A stretch of DNA of 64,000 nucleotides from an uncultured Planctomycetia bacterium. Lineage in GTDB: Bacteria > Omnitrophota > Gorgyraeia > Gorgyraeales > Gorgyraeaceae. Below, one piece after another: positions 17,838 through 27,397 of this stretch (the first letter of the stretch is position 1; each line of letters begins with the position of its first letter). The stretch is from positions 4,156 to 68,155 of the forward strand of contig CAYPYS010000003.1 of the NCBI GenBank assembly GCA_964415355.1, given 5' to 3'. A program made the position numbers and the translations under genes. The notes under the pieces are model-generated. The model made no database searches. It was not told the DNA's origin and was given only the letters and a program-made list of their open reading frames with translations.

Positions 17838-19538
17838 TCACTTGCATTTCAGTCTGGCGCAAGACAGAGTATTTAATACGTCTCCTTTCTCTATCCATCC
17901 CCGACGGGCAACAGCTACGCCAAATTTCATAAGCCCCAGCTGCTCTGCTATATGCGCGTCTGTATTTATTGCCAATTTCACACCAAAATCCCTGGCCATA
18001 CGGCAATGTATATCATTTAGATCAAGCCTTTGAGGAAAACTATTGACTTCCAGGGCCGTACCTTCATCTCTTGCCACCTTAAAGATATCTTCGAAATCTA
18101 TTTCGTACTCCTCTCTTGCACCCCACAGCTTCCCAGTGGGATGGGCGATAATCCGGACATATTTATTCTGACACGCCTTTATGATGCGCCTGGTCAATTT
18201 CTCCTTTGGCTGCTTAAAGCCGGAGTGGATGGCACCGATTACAATGTCCATTTCTTTTAATATGTCGTCGGGATAATCCAAATTTCCATCCGAATCAATA
18301 TCCACCTCTGCCCCGTACAAGATATCTATACCTTTATATTTCTTCCTAAGCTGCTCTATTTCCTTTCTTTTCTCTTTAAGTGCATTTTTATCAAGGCCGC
18401 CGGCTATCTTCAAACCCTGAGAATGATCTGTTATAGCGATATACTCATACCCTAATTTCTTTGCCTTAACCACGACCTTTTCTATAGAGCTGCCGCCGTC
18501 AGACCAATTCGAGTGAACATGAAGATCACCTTTTATATCATCTAATTTCACAAGGTCAGGCAAATTGCCTTCTGAGGCAGCCTCGATTTCACCCCTGTCT
18601 TCTCTTAACTCAGGGTCAATATAAAAAAGCCCCAGGGCCTTATATATCTCCTTTTCACTCTTGCCGGCGATCCTCTTCTTATTTTTAAAAAGGCCGTATT
18701 CGTTTAGTTTGAGACCATCTTTTATGGCGAGCTGCCGCAGTCTTATGTTGTGCGCCTTTGAGCCCGTGAAATACATAAGCGCGGATCCATATGAAGCGCT
18801 TTCTATGACCCTTACGTCAACCTGTATCCCGTCATGCGTGATCACACTAGACTTTGTAGGACCTTTCGTAAGCACATCTTTTACCTCGGGCAATTTTATA
18901 AATACATCCATTACTCTTTTGGGCTCCCTGGAAGAAACCAGGATATCAACATCTTTCACCGTATCCCTCATGCGTCTAAGGCTGCCTGCCGGATTTACCT
19001 TAGTCGCTACTTTTGGTTTTTTGAGCTGCGAAATAATAGAGTCAGCGACGTCAACAGCTGTTTTTATGTCCATCCTGTCACGGCCCCTTTTAAAAAGTTC
19101 GATACCGCGTAAAATATTCTCCTCTGTCTTTTCCTTTATGCCGGGAAGTTTTTTGATCCTTCCGGCGTGAGCCATTCTTTCAAGCATCACGACGTCGCGT
19201 ATACCCAGTTTTTCGTATAGTAATTTCGCGGTCTTTGGCCCGACACCTGGTATATCCAGCATATCGAGTAGCCCGGGCGGGATTTCTTTTTTTAAATCTT
19301 CTAAAAATCTAAGGCTGCCCGTGGAAACCAGCTCTTTTATCTTGTCTTCGAGATCCTTACCTACCCCAGGAATACTTGTAAGCCTGTTCTCTTTTACAAA
19401 TACCTCTATGTCTTCCGGGATCGACTCTATGTTCTGCGCTGCCCGTTCATACGCCCGTATCCTGAAGACATTTTCTCCCTTTATCTCCAGGATTTCGGCT
19501 ATCTGCTTAAAGGCATTTGCAATCTCTTGATTTTTCAT
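17838..19538 (-). CDS. polX: DNA polymerase X family protein with C-terminal PHP phosphoesterase domain
   Basis: HhH motifs (IPGVGKD, IPGVGPKTA) with Pol beta-like palm, and a PHP domain HVHSNWSDG...H. Confidence 0.85.
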   Translation of the reverse strand: MKNQEIANAFKQIAEILEIKGENVFRIRAYERAAQNIESIPEDIEVFVKENRLTSIPGVGKDLEDKIKELVSTGSLRFLEDLKKEIPPGLLDMLDIPGVGPKTAKLLYEKLGIRDVVMLERMAHAGRIKKLPGIKEKTEENILRGIELFKRGRDRMDIKTAVDVADSIISQLKKPKVATKVNPAGSLRRMRDTVKDVDILVSSREPKRVMDVFIKLPEVKDVLTKGPTKSSVITHDGIQVDVRVIESASYGSALMYFTGSKAHNIRLRQLAIKDGLKLNEYGLFKNKKRIAGKSEKEIYKALGLFYIDPELREDRGEIEAASEGNLPDLVKLDDIKGDLHVHSNWSDGGSSIEKVVVKAKKLGYEYIAITDHSQGLKIAGGLDKNALKEKRKEIEQLRKKYKGIDILYGAEVDIDSDGNLDYPDDILKEMDIVIGAIHSGFKQPKEKLTRRIIKACQNKYVRIIAHPTGKLWGAREEYEIDFEDIFKVARDEGTALEVNSFPQRLDLNDIHCRMARDFGVKLAINTDAHIAEQLGLMKFGVAVARRGWIEKGDVLNTLSCARLKCK

Positions 19539-19599
19539 AGTAATATTATTTTAGCATAGATTTTTTGCCGCATAAAGGATATAATACCGGACATAGCCT

Positions 19600-19634
19600 A
19601 ACTTTACATTTTAACATTGTTGAAATGTAAAGTT
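19600..19634. repeat. 35-bp palindromic intergenic repeat, copy 8 (form B variant, 2 substitutions)
   Basis: aactttacattttaacattgttgaaatgtaaagtt lies in the divergent polX/ppiD spacer. Confidence 0.9.
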
Positions 19635-19650
19635 AGAGGGGAGATGAGAT

Positions 19651-21219
19651 ATGCTGCTGAAATTCTTGCGCAAGAAGAAGAACATGAAGAAAATAATCTG
19701 GGGACTCGCCATATTGATCATACCTGCATTTGTAATATGGGGAGCTGGTTCGTCCGGCAGAAAAAAAGGCAAAGGGCCGAATCATGCCGGGAAAATATAC
19801 AATAAAAAAATATCTTTTGACGAATATCTGAATATGTGGCAAGTTACAAGGGACTACGCCACAAGGACGTTCGGCTATAACATCCCGCCCGAATTTATAG
19901 ACCAGATGACATGGAACCGAATAATACTACTGGAAGAGGCAAGAAGGCAAAAGATCCCTGCCAGGGATTCCGAGGTCGTGGATAAGATCGTCTCATTCCC
20001 TATTTTCCAAAGAGATGGGGCCTTTGACAAAAAACTCTATAAATCAATGCTTGGCACTTCCGCAAAAGCATTTGAAGAAAAATTAAGAGACGACATACGT
20101 ATTAGCAAACTAAGGGAAATAATCATCTCGTCTGTCTCTATAAGCGACGAAGAAGTCAGGGAAGAGTACAAAAAGAAGCACGAAAAAATCAAGGCTTCTT
20201 ATGTCGCCGTGCCGTTTTCTGACTTTGAAAAGGACTCACATTTTGAAGAAGGGGACATTGTCAACCACTACGAAGTAAATAAAGAAAAATTCAGGAAGCC
20301 CGAACAAATAAATGTCAGTTACATAGAGATCCTTATCTCAAGCTTTGATGACCAGGTGTACATAGAAAAAGAATCCGTTAAAAGATATTTCGAAGAGCAT
20401 GTTTCCGAATATAAAAAGCCGGATTCCGAGGAAATCCCTGAGCTAAATGAGGAGATAAAAAAAGACATAACCGAGAAGCTCTCCCTGGAAAGGAAAAAAT
20501 CTCTCGCAGAAGAACTTTCTTACAAGGTGCTGGACGCGGCAATAGACAAGAAGGATCTTGAAAACGCCTCGCGGTCATTTGACCTGGACATAAAAGAGAC
20601 TGGATTTTTTAACATGCAGCAAGAGATTCCGGACGTAGGATGGTCTTACGAATTTGCAAAGAAAGGCTTTGAGCTGAGTGAAGGGGAAATCTCAAACATC
20701 CTTATAAAAACAGCTGAGGGATTTTACATCATAAGATTGAAAGAAAAAAAATCCTCCTATATACCTGATTTTGAAGAGACCAGAGAAATCGTGGCCGAGT
20801 CTTTCACAAAAGACCTGTCGATAAAACTCTCCGGGAAAAAGATAAAAAAAATCTACAGGTCCGTTTCTATCGACAACGAAAACAGACTGGAAGCGATCGC
20901 AGGCAAGACCAAAAAAAAGATTAAAACTACGGATGCCATAACGAGAGACAGTTACATACCCACGTTGGGGCCTGCCCGGGAATTTGTCGACAAATGCGCT
21001 TCTCTAAATATCGGGGACATAGCGCCTCCGATAAAAATGCTTGAGGTGTGGACCATTGCCAGGCTCGATGAATATCAAGGCATAGATGAAAGTAAATTTA
21101 TAGAGGAAGAAATAAATTTTAAAGAATCCCTGCTTTCTAAAAAAAGGGAATCTGAATTTAACAAGTGGTTTGAAGGATTAAAAATAAGGGCTGGTTTTGT
21201 AAATTATATCGCGGAGTAA
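19651..21219 (+). CDS. Periplasmic chaperone / peptidyl-prolyl isomerase PpiD-SurA-like
   Basis: N-terminal TM anchor followed by a SurA-N-like domain. The likely start is MKKIIWG at 19684, because the first 11 codons are read from the repeat. Confidence 0.55.
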   Translation: MLLKFLRKKKNMKKIIWGLAILIIPAFVIWGAGSSGRKKGKGPNHAGKIYNKKISFDEYLNMWQVTRDYATRTFGYNIPPEFIDQMTWNRIILLEEARRQKIPARDSEVVDKIVSFPIFQRDGAFDKKLYKSMLGTSAKAFEEKLRDDIRISKLREIIISSVSISDEEVREEYKKKHEKIKASYVAVPFSDFEKDSHFEEGDIVNHYEVNKEKFRKPEQINVSYIEILISSFDDQVYIEKESVKRYFEEHVSEYKKPDSEEIPELNEEIKKDITEKLSLERKKSLAEELSYKVLDAAIDKKDLENASRSFDLDIKETGFFNMQQEIPDVGWSYEFAKKGFELSEGEISNILIKTAEGFYIIRLKEKKSSYIPDFEETREIVAESFTKDLSIKLSGKKIKKIYRSVSIDNENRLEAIAGKTKKKIKTTDAITRDSYIPTLGPAREFVDKCASLNIGDIAPPIKMLEVWTIARLDEYQGIDESKFIEEEINFKESLLSKKRESEFNKWFEGLKIRAGFVNYIAE

Positions 21220-21225
21220 CAATGG

Positions 21226-21270
21226 TAGCTAAGTATACAATTCAACAATGTTAAAATGTATACTTAGCTA
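21226..21270. repeat. Divergent copy (9) of the palindromic repeat with a different but fully complementary 14-bp stem
   Basis: tagctaagtataca-ATTCAACAATGTTAAAA-tgtatacttagcta. The central core matches the consensus, and the stem arms differ from aactttaca/tgtaaagtt but remain perfectly complementary. Confidence 0.8.
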
Positions 21271-21726
21271 CCTGTTCTGGTTCAGAAGAGTCTTTAATTC
21301 TTTCATGAATTGATTTATATCTTTAAACTGCCTGTAAACAGAAGCAAATCTGACATAAGCTACCTCATCCAGATCATACAGAAGCTCCATGATCAATTCA
21401 CCTACCTGGCTCGCGTCTACTTCTTTCTCGAATTTGCTCTGAAGCGTATATTCTATTTTACTCGCAAGCTCTTCAAGCTTTTGCGTACTTATAGGTCTTT
21501 TCTCGCACGCCTTTTTTATTCCGGCCAAGATCTTTTTGCGATCGAATGGTTCCCGCCGGCCATCCTTCTTTATAACCATTAAAGACGCCTCTTCTATATT
21601 TTCATATGTCGTGAAGCGTCTATTGCAATTCAGGCATTCTCTGCGTCTGCGTATCGAGCGACCTTCTTCGGAAGAACGTGAATCGATTACTTTATCTTCG
21701 TCATGACCACAAAATGGACATTTCAT
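21268..21726 (-). CDS. nrdR: Transcriptional repressor NrdR
   Basis: [17 protein letters not shown]...[12 protein letters not shown] zinc ribbon followed by an ATP-cone. Confidence 0.9.
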   Translation of the reverse strand: MKCPFCGHDEDKVIDSRSSEEGRSIRRRRECLNCNRRFTTYENIEEASLMVIKKDGRREPFDRKKILAGIKKACEKRPISTQKLEELASKIEYTLQSKFEKEVDASQVGELIMELLYDLDEVAYVRFASVYRQFKDINQFMKELKTLLNQNR

Positions 21727-21750
21727 GTCAGCTCTCCTTTAAATGAGCAC

Positions 21751-21783
21751 ATAACTTACGCGACTGTAAGAAGCGTAAGTTAT
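21751..21783. terminator. 11-bp-stem hairpin between glyA and nrdR
   Basis: ataacttacgc-gactgtaagaa-gcgtaagttat. Function (terminator or operator) is unknown. Confidence 0.3.
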
Positions 21784-21838
21784 TAAGTGCGAATTTATCC
21801 TGGGAATGCGATCAATAAGAGCATTCTCAGGGTCCCCT

Positions 21839-23071
21839 CTAATAAAGAGGGAATTTTTTTACAAGATCCTTTACGCTGTCAGAGCATTTCTTCAGCGCTA
21901 AATCGTTTCCTTTTTCACTCAGTGCGCTATTTATTATCTCGCCTATCTTTTGCATCTCGGATTCCCTCATGCCTCTCGTCGTAACAGCCGGCGTACCCAG
22001 TCTTATGCCGCTGGTCAATCTTGGGCCCTTCTTATCAAATGGTATAAGGTTCTTATTGACTGTTACATGGACGCTGTCAAGGATATCCGCGGCATCCTTG
22101 CCTGTAATACCCTTAGGACTTAGGTCTATTAATGAAAGGTGATTGTCTGTCCCGTCTGAAACCACTCTGAACCCTGCATTCTTAAGAGAGCCTGCAAGCG
22201 CCTTGGAATTTTTTATTATCTGAGCTTGGTATTCTTTAAAAGCAGGCGAGGCTGCTTCTTTAAGTGCCACTGCCTTAGCCGCTATCACATGCATTAATGG
22301 TCCGCCCTGGATGCCAGGAAAAATCTCCGCGTCTATCTTTTTTGCAAATTCCCTGCGACAGAATATCATGCCACCTCTTGGACCACGCAGTGTCTTATGC
22401 GTGGTGGTGCTTACTACCTCTGCATAAACCATAGGGCTGGGATGAAGCCCTGCTGCGACAAGGCCTGCTATGTGAGCCATGTCCACAAAAAGATACGCAC
22501 CTACGCTATCTGCTATTTCCCTGAACCTCTTAAAATCTATAATGCGAGAATATGCGCACGCCCCTGCGAGAATCATTTTGGGCTTATGCTTTTTGGCCAG
22601 CGCCGATATCTCGCCGTAATCAAGTTTTTCGTCATTTCTGCTAACGCCGTACGGCACTACATTAAAGAATCTTCCTGAAAAATTATGGACGTGGCCGTGC
22701 GAAAGGTGTCCGCCGCACGCAAGGTCCATTGCCAGAACAGTATCGCCTGGCTTGAGCAGGGCAAAATACACAGCCATATTCGCCTGCGTGCCTGAATGCG
22801 GCTGCACGTTCGCATGCTCTGCTCCAAAAAGCTTCTTTGCCCTCTCGACTGCAAGGCGCTCTGCCTCGTCTACATATTCGCATCCGCCATACCATCGTTT
22901 TGCCGGGTATCCTTCGGCATACTTATTGGTAAGCACAGAACCCTGCGCCTCAAGGACAGCATTCGACGCAAAGTTCTCGCTCGCTATAAGCTCAATGTTA
23001 TTCTCCTGCCTCTTTAATTCTTCTTGTATTACTTTATAGATCTCTGAATCAACTTTTTTTAATGAACTCAT
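21839..23071 (-). CDS. glyA: Serine hydroxymethyltransferase
   Basis: PLP-lysine region ...[13 protein letters not shown]. The true start is MSSLKKVD; the [12 protein letters not shown] extension comes from the repeat. Confidence 0.9.
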   Translation of the reverse strand: MSSLKKVDSEIYKVIQEELKRQENNIELIASENFASNAVLEAQGSVLTNKYAEGYPAKRWYGGCEYVDEAERLAVERAKKLFGAEHANVQPHSGTQANMAVYFALLKPGDTVLAMDLACGGHLSHGHVHNFSGRFFNVVPYGVSRNDEKLDYGEISALAKKHKPKMILAGACAYSRIIDFKRFREIADSVGAYLFVDMAHIAGLVAAGLHPSPMVYAEVVSTTTHKTLRGPRGGMIFCRREFAKKIDAEIFPGIQGGPLMHVIAAKAVALKEAASPAFKEYQAQIIKNSKALAGSLKNAGFRVVSDGTDNHLSLIDLSPKGITGKDAADILDSVHVTVNKNLIPFDKKGPRLTSGIRLGTPAVTTRGMRESEMQKIGEIINSALSEKGNDLALKKCSDSVKDLVKKFPLY

Positions 23072-23089
23072 CTCCCTCTCCTTAACCCT

Positions 23090-23124
23090 AACTTTACATT
23101 TCAACAACGTTAAAATGTAAAGTT
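23090..23124. repeat. 35-bp palindromic intergenic repeat, copy 10 (form A, 1 substitution)
   Basis: ...gttaaaatgtaaagtt. Confidence 0.95.
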
Positions 23125-23566
23125 AGCGCATCTTGTCTATCTTTTTTATCTGACTGACCCTTCTCCCGTGCCTACTGCCTAATGCGCGGGTCGAAAGCCA
23201 GACATCTGTAATCTGTTTTGCCTTGGCGTCTGACACGATTTTTGCCGCTAAAACTAAAATATTGGTATCGTTATGCTGCCTGCTTGAACGTGCTATGTCA
23301 ATTCTATCGCAGAGCGCTGCGCGCACGCCTTTAGCTTTATTTGCGACCACTGACATGCCAACGCCTGTTTTGCATATAAGTATCCCGCGCGCGAATTTCT
23401 TTCTTCCTACGGCCTTGCTGACATTGTAACCAATGACAGGGTAATCGCAGCTCTCTTCGGAAAATGTACCAAAATCCTTAACCCTATGTCCCTTTTTTCT
23501 CAAAAAGTCCGCTAGACGTTCTTTTAGCTTATATCCTCCGTGATCTGCTCCTATCGCAATTCTCAT
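23123..23566 (-). CDS. rpiB: Ribose-5-phosphate isomerase B
   Basis: MRIAIGADHGGYKLKE is the RpiB/LacAB N-terminus. Confidence 0.85.
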   Translation of the reverse strand: MRIAIGADHGGYKLKERLADFLRKKGHRVKDFGTFSEESCDYPVIGYNVSKAVGRKKFARGILICKTGVGMSVVANKAKGVRAALCDRIDIARSSRQHNDTNILVLAAKIVSDAKAKQITDVWLSTRALGSRHGRRVSQIKKIDKMR

Positions 23567-23581
23567 TTCTTGTCTCCTTGG

Positions 23582-24628
23582 TTATTTATATCTTTTGAAG
23601 AGCCCTAAAAATACATCCCCTATTTGATCTTTTATTATACCCAAAACTCTTCGATATTCTTCAATAGACTTCCCGATTGGATCGGGAATGTCCTGCTTTT
23701 CTTTTAAAAGCCTGACTTTGGATTCCGCCGCCGGCCACATGTTTAAGATAATATCTCTTTGCGAGCGCTCCATTACGTAAATAACATCTGACTTCTGCAA
23801 TAGGGGCATAGTAACAGACTTTCCTCTATGCATTGATACGTCCACTCCTTCTTCCTGCATGACCTGTATAGTGTTAGGCGCTGCAGGGATGTTCAGATAA
23901 GAAAGCGTGCCTGCAGAATCTACTTTGACTTTTTCTGAAAGCCCTGCTTCTTTTAAAAGTTTCTCCAGAATCCCTTCCGACATAACACTTCTGCAGCTAT
24001 TTCCAGTACATACAAAAAGCACATAGTGATCAACCAGAAGGTCCTCTTTTGGTATCGCACCTTCTCTCACTACCTTAAATGGATCTACGCTGACGTCCAG
24101 TATGGTGGATTCCGTTCCTATCTCCGCACGGCCTCCATCTAATATTATATCAACAGATCCTTTCATGTCAGAAATGGCCTCTTCTGCTGAAACCGGAGGC
24201 TTCCTGCCCGAAATATTCGCGCTTGGAGCGACTACCGGATCGACTGTTTCATTTATAAGTGCCAGGGCGACCTCATTTCTGGGCATACGGATACCTATTT
24301 TCTTTTTCTCTTTATTTTCTGCCAAGATCGTCAATGGACCAGGCCAAAACTTATGCACTATCTTTAAGGCCCTGTCGTTTAAATCAACTCCTAATTCTTT
24401 CAGTGTCTCAAACCTCGCGATGTGAAACGTAAAAGGTTTGTTTTTTGGCCTCTTTTTTATCTTATACAGTTTATCTATAGTCTTTTTATTCAAAGCATTC
24501 GCACCAATGCCATAAACGGTCTCTGTGGGAAAAACAACAAGGCCGCCTTTTCGCAAGACATCAGCCGCCTCTTTTATTAATCCCTCCTCTTTAGCATTGG
24601 GGCTTATCTTTATAATCCTAGTCTGCAT
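23582..24628 (-). CDS. L-threonylcarbamoyladenylate synthase (Sua5/TsaC/YwlC) fused to a low-molecular-weight protein tyrosine/arginine phosphatase domain
   Basis: YrdC domain (VVFPTETVYGIGANA ... KKRPKNKPFTFHIA) followed by the LMW-PTP P-loop VLFVCTGNSCRS. Start taken at MQTRIIK. Confidence 0.75.
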   Translation of the reverse strand: MQTRIIKISPNAKEEGLIKEAADVLRKGGLVVFPTETVYGIGANALNKKTIDKLYKIKKRPKNKPFTFHIARFETLKELGVDLNDRALKIVHKFWPGPLTILAENKEKKKIGIRMPRNEVALALINETVDPVVAPSANISGRKPPVSAEEAISDMKGSVDIILDGGRAEIGTESTILDVSVDPFKVVREGAIPKEDLLVDHYVLFVCTGNSCRSVMSEGILEKLLKEAGLSEKVKVDSAGTLSYLNIPAAPNTIQVMQEEGVDVSMHRGKSVTMPLLQKSDVIYVMERSQRDIILNMWPAAESKVRLLKEKQDIPDPIGKSIEEYRRVLGIIKDQIGDVFLGLFKRYK

Positions 24629-24632
24629 AATT

Positions 24633-25064
24633 TTATAATAAATCCAATATCCTTTTCGCGAAGATCGCCGCATTCTTAGCGCCTGATTTTCCTATGGCCA
24701 TACTGGCAACAGGGACACCTGCCGGCATCTGCACCGTCGACAAAAGCGAATCCAGGCCTTTTAATGCCTTTGTATGCATTGGAACGCCTATAACAGGTAA
24801 TTCCGTATACGCGCTAACTACCCCTGCCAGGGCCGCGGACATACCTGCTCCGCATATTAAAACCTTAATCCCTTTTTTCTTGGCAGACCTTGCATATTTT
24901 CGCACGGCATCCGGCGTCCTATGAGCTGAAAGCACATTCAGTTCATAAGGCACCTTGAAATCCTTGAGTATCTTTTCTGTCTCATGTATGGTTTCCGTGT
25001 CAGATTTACTCCCTATCAGTATACCAACCAGGGGTTTCTTTTTAGCTACCATCTTCTCCTCCAT
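24633..25064 (-). CDS. purE: N5-carboxyaminoimidazole ribonucleotide mutase
   Basis: LVGILIGSKSD ... the PurE fold. Confidence 0.9.
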   Translation of the reverse strand: MEEKMVAKKKPLVGILIGSKSDTETIHETEKILKDFKVPYELNVLSAHRTPDAVRKYARSAKKKGIKVLICGAGMSAALAGVVSAYTELPVIGVPMHTKALKGLDSLLSTVQMPAGVPVASMAIGKSGAKNAAIFAKRILDLL

Positions 25065-25069
25065 TTCCT

Positions 25070-25104
25070 AACTTTACACTTTAACGTTGTTGAAATGTAA
25101 ACTT
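25070..25104. repeat. 35-bp palindromic intergenic repeat, copy 11 (form B, 1 substitution)
   Basis: ...gaaatgtaaactt. Confidence 0.95.
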
Positions 25105-27397
25105 AGTGTCTGTTAATGGCCTTGTCTCCTATGTCGCTCCTGTATTGCATGCCTTCGAAATCGATTTTCTTTACTGCGTTGTATGCATTTTTTTTAGCGG
25201 ATTTGATGTCATCCCCCATGGCCGTCACGCCCAATACCCTACCGCCACTTGTAAATATTTTTCCATCTTCAAGGATGGTGCCTGCATGAAACACCTCGGC
25301 GTCTTTTAATTTCTTAGCTTCTCCCAGTCCTCGTATTTCTTTATGCTTTTCGTAAAAGCCGGGATATCCTTTAGACGCACAGACAATGCACAAACACGGC
25401 CTGTCATCCCATTTAAGATCCGCTTTATCGAGATTACCGTCTATGCACGCTGTTATCGCATCCACCAGGTCTGATTTTAATCTAGGCAAAATAGCCTGGG
25501 TTTCAGGATCTCCGAATCTTACGTTAAACTCTAAGACCATCGGACCCTTTTTAGTGATCATAATGCCGCCGTATAATACGCCTCTATAGAATTTACCTTC
25601 TTTTGAAAATCCGTAAATAATGGGCCTAAAAACCTTCTCGATGATCTCATCGAATATTTTTCCTGACACGACAGGCGCCGGTGAATAAGCACCCATGCCG
25701 CCCGTATTGCCCGAAACCACTACTCTATTATTTCTCCTTATTACTACGAATCCTGTTGATACTGTAACACATCCTATATTCCCTTTGTAATCAACTAATT
25801 CTATATTGTATTTTCTAATAGATGTCTTATTCTTTTTTTTCATCTCTATTGAATAAACAGGCCTTGCTTTATATTTCTTTTTGTTCAAAGGATTAATCAT
25901 TGTTTTTCTTTTATCGACAGTTATTATTCCAGAACAGCCTAGCTTAACTATCATCTCTTGTATATCGTCGATTAACCTTCGAGAACCACTACAGAATCTC
26001 ATCTTACCCCGATGTATATCTCCATCTCCGAAATTAAAAGCTTTGAGAAATTCTAATAATACTTCTTTTCTTGACTGTTTTATATAATTTGGGATGTATT
26101 TTGAATAAGAAATCCCAAATCTTGATAAATATATAGCCAATTGTGTCGAGTTTATTCTAAATTTATGACTCTTCTCTTCATAAATAAATCTAAAAGGGAG
26201 CTTACTAATAATCTTTTTAATATTATTAAAATTTTTTGATTTTCTCATCTGCGAGATATAAACCCTTTTAGAGCCTTCACCTTTTGTAACATAGCCCTCT
26301 GATAAATAAATAGCGAGAAATTTAGCCCAATTGATAAAATTAATTTTTAATTTCTTAAATTTACGATTAAACTTATAATCATATTCTGGCAAAATAAAAT
26401 ATCTAGGATTTCTCCCTGTCCACGAGCCTGACTGATAGATATAATTTTCTCCCTTGTAATCCCTTGCTTCTACTACATACAATCTCTCTTTTCCTCTCCT
26501 TTGCTGAACTAACATTCTATGATTAGGCGTTACAGTTAAATCTATATTTCTATTTCTGAAATTGATCATATTACCTTTATATCTCATCCAATATTTTTTT
26601 AACGGCTTTTCAAAGAAAATTTTTCTAGAATACGGATCGAATACTGCCACTTCAACTTCTCTCTCTAATTTATTAAACCGCTTCCATCCATTATTGGTTA
26701 ATATTTCAGTATCTTCAGAATAACAATTAGGTCCCTTGTCGCCATCAAAAATCCTCTTGTGGTCCTGCGAAGACACAAGAGGCACTATGTTTCTTCCGTC
26801 GCTAAAAACCAATATAGACGCCTCTTCTCCGTCAAGACACTCCTCTATAATAATCCTCTCCCCTGAAGAGCCAAAGATCTTCTTGACCAGCATAGAGTCT
26901 ATTGCCTCTTCTGCCTCTTCAATGGTTTTTGCCACTATAACGCCCTTGCCAGCTGCAAGCCCATCCGCCTTCACGACTACAGGCGCGCATTTTTCTTTTA
27001 AATATTTTTTTGCATCCTTGGCATCGCTGAAGACCCTGAAATCTGCCGTAGGCACGTTAAACCTCTTCATGGTCTCTTTTGCAAAAATCTTACTCCCCTC
27101 AAGCATTGCAAGTTCTTTAGAAGGTCCAAATACCTTCAGGCCTTCTCTTGAAAATATATCTACTACGCCCTTCACCAGCGGCACCTCAGGCCCTACTAAA
27201 GTCAGGTCAACTTTATTCTGTTTTGCAAAATTCAAGAGGCCATCGATATCGTCTGCTTTTATCGGGACTACCTCTGCGATTTGTTTCATGCCGCCATTTC
27301 CAGGCGCGCAGAATATTTTATCGACCTTCCTGCTCTGCGCAATTTTCCAGACCAGGGCATGCTCTCTGCCGCCCGAGCCGATTACTAAAACTTTCAT
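25103..27397 (-). CDS. purD: Phosphoribosylamine--glycine ligase interrupted by an in-frame intein (764 aa precursor; ~424 aa after splicing)
   Basis: The N-extein ends ...KRIFDGDKGPN and the C-extein starts TGGMGAYSPAPVV, which together restore the conserved PurD motif GPNTGGMGAY. The 340 aa in between are intein-like. Confidence 0.85.
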   Translation of the reverse strand: MKVLVIGSGGREHALVWKIAQSRKVDKIFCAPGNGGMKQIAEVVPIKADDIDGLLNFAKQNKVDLTLVGPEVPLVKGVVDIFSREGLKVFGPSKELAMLEGSKIFAKETMKRFNVPTADFRVFSDAKDAKKYLKEKCAPVVVKADGLAAGKGVIVAKTIEEAEEAIDSMLVKKIFGSSGERIIIEECLDGEEASILVFSDGRNIVPLVSSQDHKRIFDGDKGPNCYSEDTEILTNNGWKRFNKLEREVEVAVFDPYSRKIFFEKPLKKYWMRYKGNMINFRNRNIDLTVTPNHRMLVQQRRGKERLYVVEARDYKGENYIYQSGSWTGRNPRYFILPEYDYKFNRKFKKLKINFINWAKFLAIYLSEGYVTKGEGSKRVYISQMRKSKNFNNIKKIISKLPFRFIYEEKSHKFRINSTQLAIYLSRFGISYSKYIPNYIKQSRKEVLLEFLKAFNFGDGDIHRGKMRFCSGSRRLIDDIQEMIVKLGCSGIITVDKRKTMINPLNKKKYKARPVYSIEMKKKNKTSIRKYNIELVDYKGNIGCVTVSTGFVVIRRNNRVVVSGNTGGMGAYSPAPVVSGKIFDEIIEKVFRPIIYGFSKEGKFYRGVLYGGIMITKKGPMVLEFNVRFGDPETQAILPRLKSDLVDAITACIDGNLDKADLKWDDRPCLCIVCASKGYPGFYEKHKEIRGLGEAKKLKDAEVFHAGTILEDGKIFTSGGRVLGVTAMGDDIKSAKKNAYNAVKKIDFEGMQYRSDIGDKAINRH
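25706..26725 (-). mobile_element. Intein with LAGLIDADG-type homing endonuclease domain inserted in purD (precursor aa 225–564)
   Basis: N-terminal splicing block CYSEDTEIL (Cys1), block B TPNHRML (TxxH), two LAGLIDADG-like blocks (LAIYLSEGYV, FLKAFNFGDGDI), C-terminal ...VVVSGN followed by Thr+1. The intein DNA is visibly more AT-rich than the flanking purD. Confidence 0.75.

Noticed and set aside
17800-18006. 68-aa minus-strand ORF overlapping the polX 3' end
   Set aside because: It is an alternative frame inside polX and begins within the repeat; not credible.
19617-19805. 62-aa ORF MLKCKVRGEMRYAAEIL...
   Set aside because: It starts inside the repeat, overlaps the ppiD-like gene in another frame, and has no support.
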